From positions 1,727,250 through 1,777,943 of the forward strand of contig NC_068988.1 in the NCBI RefSeq assembly GCF_001194135.2: a DNA stretch of 50,694 bases, read 5' to 3'. This document shows positions 23,310 through 35,230 of the stretch, one piece after another. The translations under genes and the position numbers were made by a program. The first letter of the stretch is position 1; the number at the start of each line of letters is the position of its first letter. The notes under the pieces were generated by a model, which worked only from the letters and a program-made list of their open reading frames with translations, was not told the origin of the DNA and ran no database searches. This DNA comes from Octopus bimaculoides. Its lineage: Eukaryota.

Positions 23310-23342
<33 letters not shown>

Positions 23343-23686
23343 TGAACCCCTACGTTTCTTTGATATCGAGAGAGGAATCTAAAAATATCTGCAAGAAACG
23401 CAATTTAGTCGCATGTGTATTGCAAAAGGATAGAATTTATCAGAATTTCTCAATTTCTCCCGACCATTCCATATTTCCTTGTTGTTATTACATTCTACAG
23501 AATTTGCTGCCGTCTTCCTTTTTCTTTCTCTCTCTCTCTCTCTCTTTTTTTAAAATAAGTTATTCCTTTTCCTTTCAATAACGTCTAAAACTTGAATCAA
23601 TTTTTTGTTTTGTTGTTTTCTTTTTTATAAGATTAACTTACGTATTCCGACGCGCATGCGCGTACACACACACACACACACACACA

Positions 23687-23719
<33 letters not shown>

Positions 23720-23774
23720 NNNNNNNNNNNNNNNNNNNNNNNNNNNNNNNNNNNNNNNNNNNNNNNNNNNNNNN

Positions 23775-23844
<70 letters not shown>

Positions 23845-24138
23845 AACACATCCATACATACATTCTCATGCACGTATAAAATAGATCTGGAATGACCGCG
23901 AATAATGCAGGTGCCAAAATTGATTTATTACAGAATCGCAAGATCTGACTTTCACAGTGAGTGTATGAGGAAAAAGGAATTTGTTAAGTTTACTGTTTTT
24001 TAGGTGCGGTTTTTATTTGCATTACTTAACATCCTGCGATCAAACTCCGACGAGGTCGATTTTTACGTTTCGTTCTTCAGAAAATAACTCGAAAACACCC
24101 CCGGCCTGACGCAGCTGCCAAACAGTAGCCAACTTTTT

Positions 24139-24420
24139 ATGACGGTGGAAAGAAGAATGCATAGGTGTCACATAGGTGATACCACCAGCCACCAGAGGGT
24201 CTTGTACCCAGAGCAAAAGACAAAAGGAGGAAGGCTCATAATGCTGTCGGTTCCACACCACAGCAACAACAACAGCAACAACAACAGCAACTACAGTAGT
24301 ATCAGCAGCAGCAGGTGTCTAGCAGCTGCTGCGACTGTATGCAAGCGCATTAACAGTTGCAACAAAAGTAACAAAAGCAAGGACAAAGACCAACATGAAA
24401 GCCGAGAAGGACTTTGGAAG
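24139..24420 (+). CDS. Candidate first coding exon with an Asn/Ser-rich stretch, unknown protein
   Basis: Acceptor-like tttcgttcttcag| at 24080, an in-frame upstream stop, and an ATG-initiated 94-codon open frame (MTVERRMHRC...HHSNNNSNNNSNYSSISSS...REGLWK) ending exactly at TGGAAG|gtaaat. It could be a chance ORF through a CAA/CAG repeat. Confidence 0.25.
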
Positions 24421-24480
24421 GTAAATAAATAAACGCACTTGAAACAACCGTAGGTTTATATAACTGGTCTCTATAAACAT

Positions 24481-24640
24481 ACGTGGCTGAGTGGTAAGAA
24501 GTTTGCTTCTCAATCGCACGGTTTTGGGTTCAGTTCCACGGCATGGTGTCTTGGGTAAGTGTTGCCTTCTGTAGCCACGGGCCGACCAAAGCCTTGTATG
24601 TCGATTTGGTAGACGGAAAGTGAACGCAGACAGTCGTATA
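24481..24640 (+). mobile_element. SINE family B
   Basis: cgtggctgagtggtaagaagtttgcttc...gggttcagttccacgg...gggccgaccaaagccttgt..gatttggtagacggaaa. Confidence 0.9.
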
Positions 24641-24659
24641 TATATATATATACACAAAA

Positions 24660-24830
24660 TGGGACAAGAACGCAAAACATCCGGACAGTTAGGTGATACA
24701 AGAAAGGGACAACAAAACATCCAGATAGACAATACAAAGAAAACTAGGACGGAAACAAATGGAGAAGGTTACACAAATACAAATAACATGGCATAATAAC
24801 AGGTGTCTTTCGACTAAGGACGAATTAAAT
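24660..24830 (-). repeat. Interspersed repeat shared with 38920-39180 (PLE-associated, unclassified)
   Basis: The reverse complement ttgtattgtctatctggatgttttgttgtccctttcttgtatcacctaactgtccggatgttttgcgttcttgtccc matches 39103-39180. Confidence 0.8.
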
Positions 24831-25712
24831 TAAGCTGGCGTGTGTAGAAGTAAAGCCTTACGGCAGGGATACAAGATTTCACAGGCATAGGGAAGAATAT
24901 AGATGTTGCACGGACAACGGCCAAACCAAGAAAGAAAGGTCAGGCTTGGCCGAAAACCGGTCACGTGGGGAGAGAAGAGAGCAAGGTTGAGGCAGAGGAA
25001 CATAAGAAATGAGGGGCGATAAAAAATGACAGGGACACAGCGAAGTGAAAAGAGGAGGGAACGTGAGCATGAAGAGAGGGCAATGAAATGTGAGAGAGGG
25101 GGAACAAAAGAACGAAGAGTGGAATGAACGAAGTAAGCATGAAAGGGCTGACAGAAAGAATAAAAGAATAAATATCGGGAACATTCTGAGCTAAGCCTAA
25201 AAATGCTTATTGTTATACAGAGGTCAACTAACGAAGCATTTGTTGATTTGTACGAAAGCTAACCAGGCTAGAATCCAATGCACTGAGCACTAGACTTTTA
25301 CATATTTTTGTACGGTCTGGAGAATTTCTTCAACGTCTCATCGTTCAATCAAAAGAGATATTTATCTCTCATCTGCTTAATATTACCGAAACTATGGATG
25401 GATGCCCGTGAGTTGATAAATAATAAAATGTTTCAACTCCTGAAAGGTTAACAATGGTGTCATTTCTGTATTTAAGCAATTGGTTCTAACTTTAAACCCT
25501 ATTTTTGTATTTAAAGTTTAAATCATATACGTGTGAGCTTGAAATCTACGCAATAGAATCCATTGTTTAGCAGAGAGACACCTTCCTGCAAATAACGAGA
25601 GGACATTTTGTATAAACAATTGACAGAGGGAAAAATATTTGAAATTTTATGGAATATACTGCGAGCTGGTTATAGATTTGAAATGCTCAGAAGGGGGACT
25701 GACTGGGAGTGT

Positions 25713-25773
<61 letters not shown>

Positions 25774-25964
25774 TGGGGGTAACTTCAAAAGAGTGTTTGT
25801 GAACTGCCGTTACTACACAAACATGACCCATAAACCGCGACTGAATAACTGCAGCCAGTGCCGTCGAATGCGGCTTCTTATTCGCAGCACGTTCCAGAGA
25901 CGTGCCTTCGAGGCAGCTCAAACACTTCAGCTTTTGTGTAGTAGAGTATTTGATAAGGCACACA

Positions 25965-25996
<32 letters not shown>

Positions 25997-26465
25997 AACA
26001 CACTCATGTGCACATATACACACACACACTTGCATAACTTTTGAAACATAAGTATACGTGTATATTCACAATCACATATACGCGCACATACATATATGCA
26101 TTATATATGTATATATGTGTTTATGCGCACACGCACACAATTATATATATATATAAACATTTACACACATATACATATAAACATATGTACACATGCATAT
26201 ACATATATGTACATGCATACACACACATATATAAATTTACATATACATATGCATATATATTAGTATATATACTAATACATTTATGTGTGTGTGTGTGTGT
26301 GTGTGTGAGTGTGTGTGTGTGTGTGTATGCATGTATGTATATTAAATAATAATGTATATTAAATAATAAATTCAAACAATACAATAACAATAAGATAAGA
26401 TAAGGATATAAAAATATAACTAATAAGTGAGTCATGAATTCTGGCCCACCCTATATATGAGAGCC

Positions 26466-26492
26466 CTGATGAAGGTACAAAGCCGAAACGTC
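26466..26492 (+). ncRNA. Hammerhead core with disrupted stem I
   Basis: CTGATGA-A-GGT ACAAA GCC-GAAA-CG-TC: the core, stem II, the ACGT palindrome and GUC are intact. The flanks GAGCC/AAGTC do not pair. Confidence 0.45.
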
Positions 26493-27126
26493 AAGTCCTA
26501 CATTTCTTTTGGCGCTTGAACTTATTGCATTCATCATTAGAACAGACTCCGCAAACTGGACAGATGCGGTATGAGATGCGTGGACTATAATAGAATATGG
26601 CGAGAAAACTTTGATCTACTCAATTAAGCAATCTTACACATTATGCAAAATATATTCTCTCCTCCCACTTTTGCTCTCACTTCTTTCGTCTGTATGTGTG
26701 TACGTGTGTGTGTGTGTATGTGTGCGTGCGTGCGCACGTCTTCTTTTCATAGGTCAACGGTTGTAATTCCCAGAAGTAAAACTATGTTCTTCTACTGTGA
26801 CTTGATTCTGGGCAGTATAAAATATCCAAGTATTTTTTGTTATTTTATTTAAATAATCTTATTTTTTTATTTCTTTTTTGCTTTCTTAATCTTTAAATAA
26901 TTCAAAAATAAACCTACGTCTGTTTAAGTTACTGGACTTGAAAGGTTTTTACAGTTGAAAACGTTCTGAATTGAAACACGATGTCATCTAAATTACGTAG
27001 TGAAACTAATTTTTATATTTTCTATTAGATTATAATAATCCTGTTTTGTGTGTGTTTGTGTGTATGCATATATATGTGCAAAAATAAATAATGATATGTA
27101 TATATGTATGTATATATGTATATATC

Positions 27127-27182
<56 letters not shown>

Positions 27183-27533
27183 NNNNNNNNNNNNNNNNNN
27201 NNNNNNNNNNNNNNNNNNNNNNNNNNNNNNNNNNNNNNNNNNNNNNNNNNNNNNNNNNNNNNNNNNNNNNNNNNNNNNNNNNNNNNNNNNNNNNNNNNNN
27301 NNNNNNNNNNNNNNNNNNNNNNNNNNNNNNNNNNNNNNNNNNNNNNNNNNNNNNNNNNNNNNNNNNNNNNNNNNNNNNNNNNNNNNNNNNNNNNNNNNNN
27401 NNNNNNNNNNNNNNNNNNNNNNNNNNNNNNNNNNNNNNNNNNNNNNNNNNNNNNNNNNNNNNNNNNNNNNNNNNNNNNNNNNNNNNNNNNNNNNNNNNNN
27501 NNNNNNNNNNNNNNNNNNNNNNNNNNNNNNNNN

Positions 27534-27588
<55 letters not shown>

Positions 27589-28103
27589 TATTTAATATCT
27601 TATATTCAGCTTTCATATCTTTTTTTTTTATATTTGAAATAAGATTAACACACTGTTTTAATGATTTACTTTTAATAATATGATATCATTTCGCTTCTGT
27701 AATATATATTGTGTGTGCGTGTGTATATATTGTGTGTGCGTGTGTATATGTCAGCGTGTTTCTGTTAAAAGTTTTGTCTTTAAGTTTAAGTTTAAGAAGA
27801 CAACTTTCTGGCGGTTTTCACATGAGAAACTCTTCATGTCTATATGTGCTAAACACCACCATATGTATTGCAGAATACTTCTGCACTCTATACCACACTA
27901 CGCTTCGCATCACAAAAATTTGCTACACTCTATACTACAACATGTACTACAGTCGACATCTATACCACACTATACAACTTCGTTGTTACACTACAATAAA
28001 TTGACTTGAAAATAAGATGTGACTTACTAGAGTGTTTTACAGAGATTGCATTTCAATATGGCGCAGAAAAAGGACGATAAATGCCATTCACAAAGATGTA
28101 AAC

Positions 28104-28219
28104 CGGTCATGAGCAAAATGCGGCCCACATAACATTTTGAATAAAGAAATATGAACTCAAGGCCTGATGATGAGCCGTTCTCATGCGGCCCGCTTCTTGA
28201 AAATAGTTGCTCCTGCCTG
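28104..28219. mobile_element. hAT (Charlie/SPIN-like) MITE
   Basis: Ends CGGTCATGAGCAAAATGCGGCCC and TAGTTGCTCCTGCCTG. Flanks ATGTAAAC/ATTTAAAT match at 6 of 8 positions (degenerate TSD). Confidence 0.6.
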
Positions 28220-28370
28220 ATTTAAATTTTCAGTTAAGCACTAACTGTGACAGGATTTCTATACTTAAGTGCACATCACTTGTCTTTGTAGCCATCGCAG
28301 CCCTCCACGTTTCCTCTCATACGACTTTCTGTTGTTTGTACATGCACAACAATATTATTATTACATAGAG

Positions 28371-28760
28371 AGGTCGACATTGTCTTTCATCCTTTCGGGG
28401 TCGATAAAATAAGTACCAGTTACGCACTGGGGTCGGCGTAATCGACTTAATCCCTTTCCCCAAATCTGAGGCCTTGTGCTTCCAGTAGAAAGAATTATCA
28501 ATGCGGCGAGCTGGTAGAACCGTTAGCACGCCGGCTCAGCGGTATTTCGTCCGCCTCTAAGTTATTGTAAATGCCTCACAATATCTCTATACGGGAATTC
28601 ATGTTCTAAGTTCAAATCCTACTAGAATCGACTTAGACTTTCAATTTCGTGGATCGATGAAATTTAATGTAACGATATCAGTTTAATCGTTTGCACGAAG
28701 GCAGCGAGCTGACAGAATCGTCAGTTGGACAAAATTCTTACTAGTATTTCTAGTAGTTCT
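28371..28760 (+). mobile_element. Tandem cluster of SINE family A fragments
   Basis: A 3' half (28371-28500), then a new head ggcgagctggtagaaccgttagcacgccgg (28504), then further head fragments near 28600 and 28700. Confidence 0.85.
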
Positions 28761-29387
28761 TGATATTCTGCTGTGAGACTGAAACCAAAACCTCGTGGTT
28801 GGAAAGCAGACATTTTACCATACAGCCATGCCTGCGCCTAAGTTTAAAAATATTTCCATTTCGTCAATTAACTGCCACAACCGATGTGGGATATGAAATA
28901 TTTAATGAAAAAAATCCCAAAGTTTTTCGCTGTCTGCGATTTATTTCCATTAATTCTTCATTAATTATTCTTTTTTTGGTTTTCTTTTGACGTAAACATC
29001 TACAAGAGAATATCAATTTTTTATTTGTTTTTTTTTTTTTGGCTACTTTTAATCTTCGTATGAAAGTAATCGCTTTACGTCGATAAAAAAAAAGATAATA
29101 TTCCGTTAGAAAACAAACTATTATCAATGTTCAGAATGTCACGGAACATTTCAGTATCGTATGCCGACTGTTCGCAAAACTTTCCATTGTTGTCGCGATG
29201 TTATCTTGTTTAAGATTATTATTGAGAGAATAAATGGCCGAGATTCTGTGTTTAGATGACAATCTGTTGTTAGATTTTCGGATATTTTCCATACGAGACC
29301 AAAATTATTGTGTGTGGAGTTGAGCCGATGCAATAATAGAAGGTTACAAAAAAAAAAAAAAAAAAAAAGAAAGAAGACTGGTTCATA

Positions 29388-29610
29388 GAGGCAGGCGTGA
29401 TAAGAGGCTCGCTTCCCAACCACATGCTTCCAGATTCAGTCCCACCGCGTGGGAAGTGTCTTCTACTATAGCTTCGGGCCGACCAAAACCTTGTGAGTGG
29501 ATTTGGTAGACGGAAGCTGAAAGAAGCCTGTCGTATATATGTGTATGTGTGTGTGTCTTTGTGTCTCTGTATCCCCCCTCTACCGACCGCTTGACAACCG
29601 GTGTCTTCAA
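29388..29610 (+). mobile_element. SINE family B with (TG)n linker and 3' tail
   Basis: cttcccaaccacatg...cagtcccaccgcgtgg...gggccgaccaaaaccttgtgagtggatttggtagacggaagctgaaagaagcc...cgcttgacaaccgg. Confidence 0.92.
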
Positions 29611-29670
29611 TACACCCCATTGAACACTGTTTGTCACAGCTGACTATTTCCCAGAAAGCAGTCGGGGCGT

Positions 29671-29796
29671 GAAGACAATTTAGAAGCTCGCTGTGCAATA
29701 AAGTTTTGTGTCAAACTGGACAAAAACGTTACAGTAACTAATGAAATGCTCCAGATTGCTTATGGATTAACTTGTATGAACCGAGCATCTCTTTTT
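29671..29796 (+). pseudogene. Mariner transposase N-terminal fragment
   Basis: EDNLEARCAIKFCVKLDKNVTVTNEMLQIAYGLTCMNRASLF matches the mariner N-terminal HTH (EQR.AIKFC.KLGK.ATET..MLQ.A.G..CM.RASVF). Confidence 0.8.
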
Positions 29797-30056
29797 GCCA
29801 TTCCTTTCGCCGGCAAAAAGGTACCAGGCATCAGAGAAATAGAATGTCTTGAACAGGAAATAGAGACTTAATGGTGTTTATGTTATTCCATGTTACTTCT
29901 CTTCCTCAAATTAATGAAGAAATACGAATTGATTACTTCTGACTAATTAAAACCATGCTCCAATTGCCTTGGAAATATTTCACAATGTTAACAAGCCTGC
30001 ACTCTGTCGATAAGCCTTCGGCTAGCAGATCTACCGTTTTCTTCAGCTTCCTTCCC

Positions 30057-30197
30057 TTCTTCTTCTTCTTCTTCTTCTTCTTCTTCTTCTTCTTCTTCTT
30101 CTTCTTCTTCTTCTTCTTCTTCTTCTTCTTCTTCTTCTTCTTCTTCTTCTTCTTCTTCTTCTTCTTCTTCTTCTTCTTCTTCTTCTTCTTCTTCTTC
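30057..30197. repeat. (CTT)n microsatellite
   Basis: Directly visible. Confidence 0.97.
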
Positions 30198-30482
30198 AGT
30201 GAAACAGGAATACTTTTTGTTAATCCCATTTTTATTTCATTCATTTATTTAATTAATTTAAGATGAAAATCACTGCTGTCGTTGTGGAATTATTCATTTG
30301 GTGGTGAATATTTGTACATGATAAGTTTAACAACGAGTAAACCATCTTACAAGGTGGATATATAGAACCAAGGATCGAATTCAATGGCAAAACGAATGAT
30401 GACGCTGGTCTGAGGGTCAACGCCGCAAAAGTATCCTCCTCTTCAGACAAACTTGAATTCAAAACAGCAAACCTATTTTATC

Positions 30483-30530
<48 letters not shown>

Positions 30531-30540
30531 TATATATACA

Positions 30541-30697
30541 AGGTCTTCTTTCAGTGTCCATCTGCCAAATCCACTCTCAATGCTTTGCTCATCCCGAGGG
30601 TGTAGTAGAAGACACTACCCCAAGGGACCACGCAGTGGGACTGAACCTAGAACCATGTGGTTGGGAAGCAAGCTTCTTACCACGCAGCTGTGCCTGT
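30541..30697 (-). mobile_element. SINE family B
   Basis: cttctttcagtgtccatctgccaaatccactc...cacgcagtgggactgaacc.agaaccatgtggttgggaagcaagcttcttaccac. Confidence 0.92.
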
Positions 30698-31299
30698 AAG
30701 AAACCTTTGTCCATTATAGTGCTCCCGCTTCTTATTGTAGTAAATTGTACCTAATCTCTGGTATTGGTGGGGTGTGTTTCTGTTTTACTCCAGGTCATTT
30801 CTGACAGAGATTTTTGACCAAAAGTACATAAACCGTGACCATCTCGTCTTTTTCTTTGTTACATGTATTTTGTATGGATCACGGTGTCCAATGTGTTCTT
30901 TTGTGTGACACTATTAGCGAGAGCTGAAGAAGATTTGACTGCTATTTCTAATAGATCGAGTAATTGTGTTAACATACATAGCACCGTCGTATTGTCTCTC
31001 AAGTCACACACACATACACATACCCCCCCCCCCACACATACATACATGCATGCATACATACATAGATACATACATACATACATACCTGCCTATATATATA
31101 CATATATACATATATANNNNNNNNNNNNNNNNNNNNNNNNNNNNNNNNNNNNNNNNNNNNNNNNNNNNNNNNNNNNNNNNNNNNNNNNNNNNNNNNNNNN
31201 NNNNNNNNNNNNNNNNNNNNNNNNNNNNNNNNNNNNNNNNNNNNNNNNNNNNNNNNNNNNNNNNNNNNNNNNNNNNNNNNNNNNNNNNNNNNNNNNNNN

Positions 31300-31339
<40 letters not shown>

Positions 31340-31819
31340 GATACATATAAACATATAAACATATCTACAGCTGTATTGTTATGAGATAATATTATGCAAA
31401 ATATGGTGAGGCATAGCTGAAGGTACAGAACATACTTTACTCTCACCTCGTCACAACGTAAAATAATTCTGTAACTAATTCATTTGATGACGTCATAGCA
31501 CTTAATTGAACCGACATTTTCAGAAAGAACCACGTCTTCATATTACTCTAACAATAATTACAATAATAAATTAATTACAAAACAACTTCCCTTGTCTCAG
31601 ATGGAAATGATAGTTGTAATTTTCGGTATGTCGTAGAATTTTAGATTCCACGGTCGCAGATGACGTCTTTTAGAGGAGAGTTAAACCAACTTGAACCGTT
31701 TAACGGAATGGTTAGACACGTGGGTGTATGAATTCTAGCGTCAATGAGTTAAATACAAAGACATCTTTTTTTTATTAAAACATGCAAAAAGAAAAAAAAA
31801 CGTGGGTGGAGTGCAGGTA

Positions 31820-32020
31820 AAACCGTAAACGCATCGGATTAGCTTACTGGCAATTCATCCAGCACTTTACGTTGTGAGTTCAAATTCCGTCAAGGACGGC
31901 TCCCCATTTATCTTTGGGGTCAATAAAATCAAGTACCAGCTTATTACTGAGGCCGATATAACCGACGTACCCCAAATAGCACTTTTGCTTATAGTAGAAA
32001 AAAGTATTATTATTATTAGG
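31820..32020 (+). mobile_element. SINE family A, degenerate
   Basis: ctttacgttgtgagttcaaattccg...tttggggtcaataaaatcaagtaccag. Confidence 0.7.
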
Positions 32021-32517
32021 GCGATGACAATTCACGTATATTAATTTCAGTTTTACACTGTGATTCAGATTTATTCAAGAGCAAGGAAATATCACTGTGT
32101 GACCTTCATGCCTTTTCAAACGCACTGGAATTATTAGTAAAGCGAAACCCAAAAAAGAAGGGGAGAAATTTAAAGCAGGTTCCGCGCTTTGCCAACTCGT
32201 TAGGAAGTTAAGGCATACACATTGCGAGAAAAGCGGCAGAGGCATAACCAACTGTGAGTGTTTCCGAGTAATTTTTTTTTACCTGTCATAAATGTCAGAC
32301 TGTTTATCTTGTCATGTTAACGTGAAAACATTTCAACTTCAGCCACGAAAATATCAAACAAACTCATTCAGGTATTCGTGTTTATTGTAAATATGTATTT
32401 GTGTCAAATAACAAATCTACCTTTTGCTATTTTGCTCAACCAATGCTTCACTCGGCGCTACTGTTTGCCCTGGTAGTAGCAGTGAACAACAACAAACTCT
32501 ATTATAGCAACTTACAG

Positions 32518-32643
32518 CGGCGTTGTTCAGAAGGGAAAAAAGTTGTTTTGGCTAAGGAACCATCGCGATTCTGGTTGTAGGACATTAACCACCGATCCTT
32601 CAGCAAGTTTTTCATCATTCAATCTACTCTCCAGCCCTGCAAG
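32518..32643 (+). other. Weak candidate exon (UTR or coding)
   Basis: ttacag|CGGCG...CCTGCAAG|gtaaat. One frame is open (GVVQKGKKLFWLRNHRDSGCRTLTTDPSASFSSFNLLSSPA). No homology recognised. Confidence 0.15.
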
Positions 32644-32729
32644 GTAAATAATAAAAAAAAGATATTTTATTTAAATACACATCAACGTAATTGTGTTAGC
32701 ACTGTAATAATTAATAATTTTTAGTACGA

Positions 32730-32920
32730 GAAGAGGGTCTCTACGCAATCACTCGATATGCTAGAAACAGCTGTCCCAAATTCCTCAAATCATACCCGTC
32801 TGGCTTATAAAAGGCATTAGAGTGTAATAAGATCTTAGACACCGCTAAAAAGACAGGTTAGTCACGACCGGAATTCTTTGAAATATAAATCTGGACGACG
32901 AGGACCGACCAGGTGTTAAA
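32730..32920. repeat. Interspersed repeat family E, in opposite orientation to the 4385 copy
   Basis: The reverse complement gatttgaggaatttgggacagctgtttctagcatatcgagtgattg resembles the other E copies. Confidence 0.55.
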
Positions 32921-33165
32921 CACCATCTTTTGACGGCTTCTACTTATTTGATCTTCTCGGATAAAATCTTCCGTGAAAGTTTTCCATGAATCCATAGAGT
33001 TCGCATCCACCTCTTATGTTCAGAGACCCTAGACACGAGTTAAATTCTGTTTGATACGAAATCCATGTTTAAAATCTGCTCCTAATTTCAAGGAGCAATC
33101 CGTTTATTAGGTGTCATATATGCTGGCATTTCTCCCAGCATTATCGGATTTAAAGTACTGAGAGT

Positions 33166-33199
<34 letters not shown>

Positions 33200-33203
<4 letters not shown>

Positions 33204-33370
33204 TAAGCTCCAAGTCAATCCTGATCAAGCAGGTCTACAGTCAAAAGTGTTCCGATCGAGCAGATTTGTGATCATATCGTCTTTTATTGTATCCGAGATG
33301 GTCGGATGTGATTTGAAGGAAATGTTCGGCTGCTATTTCCAGTAGATTATAACATGTATAAGCCTCTGCT
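33200..33370. repeat. Interspersed repeat family E
   Basis: gtgatttgaaggaaatgttcggctgctatttccag. Confidence 0.6.
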
Positions 33371-34028
33371 TTGGCTGGTGGACTGCAGGTTTTATCGACA
33401 GGGCTGTTTGAATTCAGTATCGAAAAACTAACGAGATATATGTCATTTATACCATGCTCCTGTTGTCTACACTTCCTTATCAAAATATTTTGTTCAATCA
33501 CGTGTTAACGACCAGTGATGGTTAATTGTCTCTGGCAGCGTCACATTACTGTCGATATGAGAAAAACTAAATAGTTTCACTCAATGGACCAACTCCCTGC
33601 TCACAAAGCAAATACCAGCTTAATAATAGCAAAATTATTTCACTAAATTCTTTATTATTTTCAAAATGAATTCAAACAAAAGCCGTACGCTTCAGCAGGA
33701 ATATGATAACAAAAGGCTTAAATATTGCGGTAAAGTAGCAAAGCTGTTCTGATTTCAAGCCTCGCTGAATTTTTGCATTTGGGTTGTCACTGAAGAAATG
33801 TAATTTGGGTTTTCCTCGATAAAATAAATTTTCTGAGTAGTCCGATGAATTGGCGGAATTTATAGTGCGGCGCACAAAATACTGTTCTTTGTTTGTTCTG
33901 GCTCTTTACGTTGTAGCAAAATTGTCTGAATCTAGCCAAGAAGATGGTGTCTTTATATAAGCACATCCGAGGGGAAGCAACGGTAGACTGTTTTTGTATT
34001 CGCTCATAGAAAGTCTATGACAAGGACA

Positions 34029-34746
34029 CACGGCCGGCCCTAGGCTTGCTGGCGCCCCGGGTAAGCTGAACTTCGGTGCCCTTACAAGTATACTTCTTTA
34101 AAACTTTCACAAGGAGAAAAAATGAAAATGTAGACTAAGAAGCACATGGTGCCCTGAACGAGAAATTTTTTCCCATGAGAGTTTCGGACCCAAGTTATAA
34201 ACTCATTTGCATACAGCCAATCAGAGCTCAACTATCAAACTAATTTATGAGCGCATAACAAGTGATGGGCCGTAAGACTAGGTCACTTGGGTAAGGAATG
34301 ACCATGCTTCTTTTCCCTTTTAATAATGCTTCTTGATCTTGTTCTTGTTTCAACCATGGCTGCCTCTGTGGAGTTATTTGTGTTGTTGTTTACTTTGTAA
34401 AACGGTAAGGGGAGAGGGTTGCTAGCACATCACCCATAACCCATATTTTCCCCATCCACATCTTTACCATGTGGGGCCCTAACAAAATCCGATAATAGGT
34501 ATAGATGCAAATCTTTCTAATTACTTGTCTCCTTCTAAAATCAGGCATAACTTGGTGATCGGTCGACTTACAACACCGTTCTTGAATGCCAACCTTTGTT
34601 AACTTAACTTGACAACAAGGTCAAGGTGAGCTCTGATTGGCTGTATGCAAATGAGCTCATTACTGGGGTTCGAAACTCTCGTGGAAAAAAAAAAAATTCG
34701 GGCCCTGGGCGAGTGCCCGAGTTGCAGGTACCTTGAGCCGGCACTG
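34029..34746. mobile_element. Non-autonomous hAT element with a perfect 8-bp TSD and a long internal inverted repeat
   Basis: CAAGGACA (34021-34028) | CACGGCCGGC ... GCCGGCACTG | CAAGGACA (34747-34754). Internal inverted repeat at 34163-34230 and 34627-34697. Confidence 0.9.
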
Positions 34747-35181
34747 CAAGGACACAACACTAATAAAGGAACCTACCAGCGATTGTTAGCGACAGGATAT
34801 TAGACGAAGAAAAAAAAAAAAAATCAACCAGTGACTAATATTGTTTTAATGCGAACACCAAATTAGAACTTGTTTCGGTCTTAATCTGACCTTATCAGCG
34901 AAGTAAAACCCTCGTGGTGCTGACTGAAGTAGTAACGAAATACAATCGTTTAGAATGTATAGATATATCCTCACTGCACATTTATTTCTATTTTGCTTTT
35001 TACTGCTCCGTGTATTAAACTTATTCACATCAAACACTTAACTATTGCTCTTTTCTGTCGATGGCGTGACTGGATAAAATATTTTCTGAACATTCTTTAA
35101 ATCATTTCATTTTTAAACATTGTATTATTTTTCATCATCGCCAACTGTTAACAATCTTGTATATTTATTTAGTGATTCACT

Positions 35182-35230
35182 CGTCATTGCTTCGTCATGT
35201 ACGTCGGAGACTGTTTCACCAATGACGTCA
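35182..35230. promoter_or_regulatory. CRE/ATF-site cluster with an overlapping CCAAT box
   Basis: CGTCA half-sites at 35182 and 35193, and CCAAT (35219-35223) overlapping a full TGACGTCA (35223-35230). These are motif matches only. Confidence 0.2.

Noticed and set aside
24058-24084. Minus-strand TTTT-CTGAAGA-AC-GAAA-CGTA-AAAA, resembling a hammerhead
   Set aside because: Stem II is absent, and the segment aligns with the degenerate SINE A core (tttgcctttcatcctttcgg). It is most likely coincidental.
27880-28000. Quasi-periodic CTATAC/CACTAC pattern
   Set aside because: It is a degenerate pentanucleotide-type low-complexity repeat with no conserved unit or spacer structure.
28164-28190. CTGATGA followed by a TGAG/CTCA hairpin
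   Set aside because: There is no GAAA core or stem I, and it lies inside a hAT MITE.
30353-30480. Protein-like open frame GGYIEPRIEFNGKTNDDAGLRVNAAK
   Set aside because: The acceptor is weak, there is no good donor and I recognise no homology. A 45-codon open frame is expected by chance.
32443-32580. 45-aa ORF MLHSALLFALVVAVNNNK... with a signal-peptide-like start
   Set aside because: It is very short, has no recognisable family, and its hydrophobic stretch is within chance expectation.
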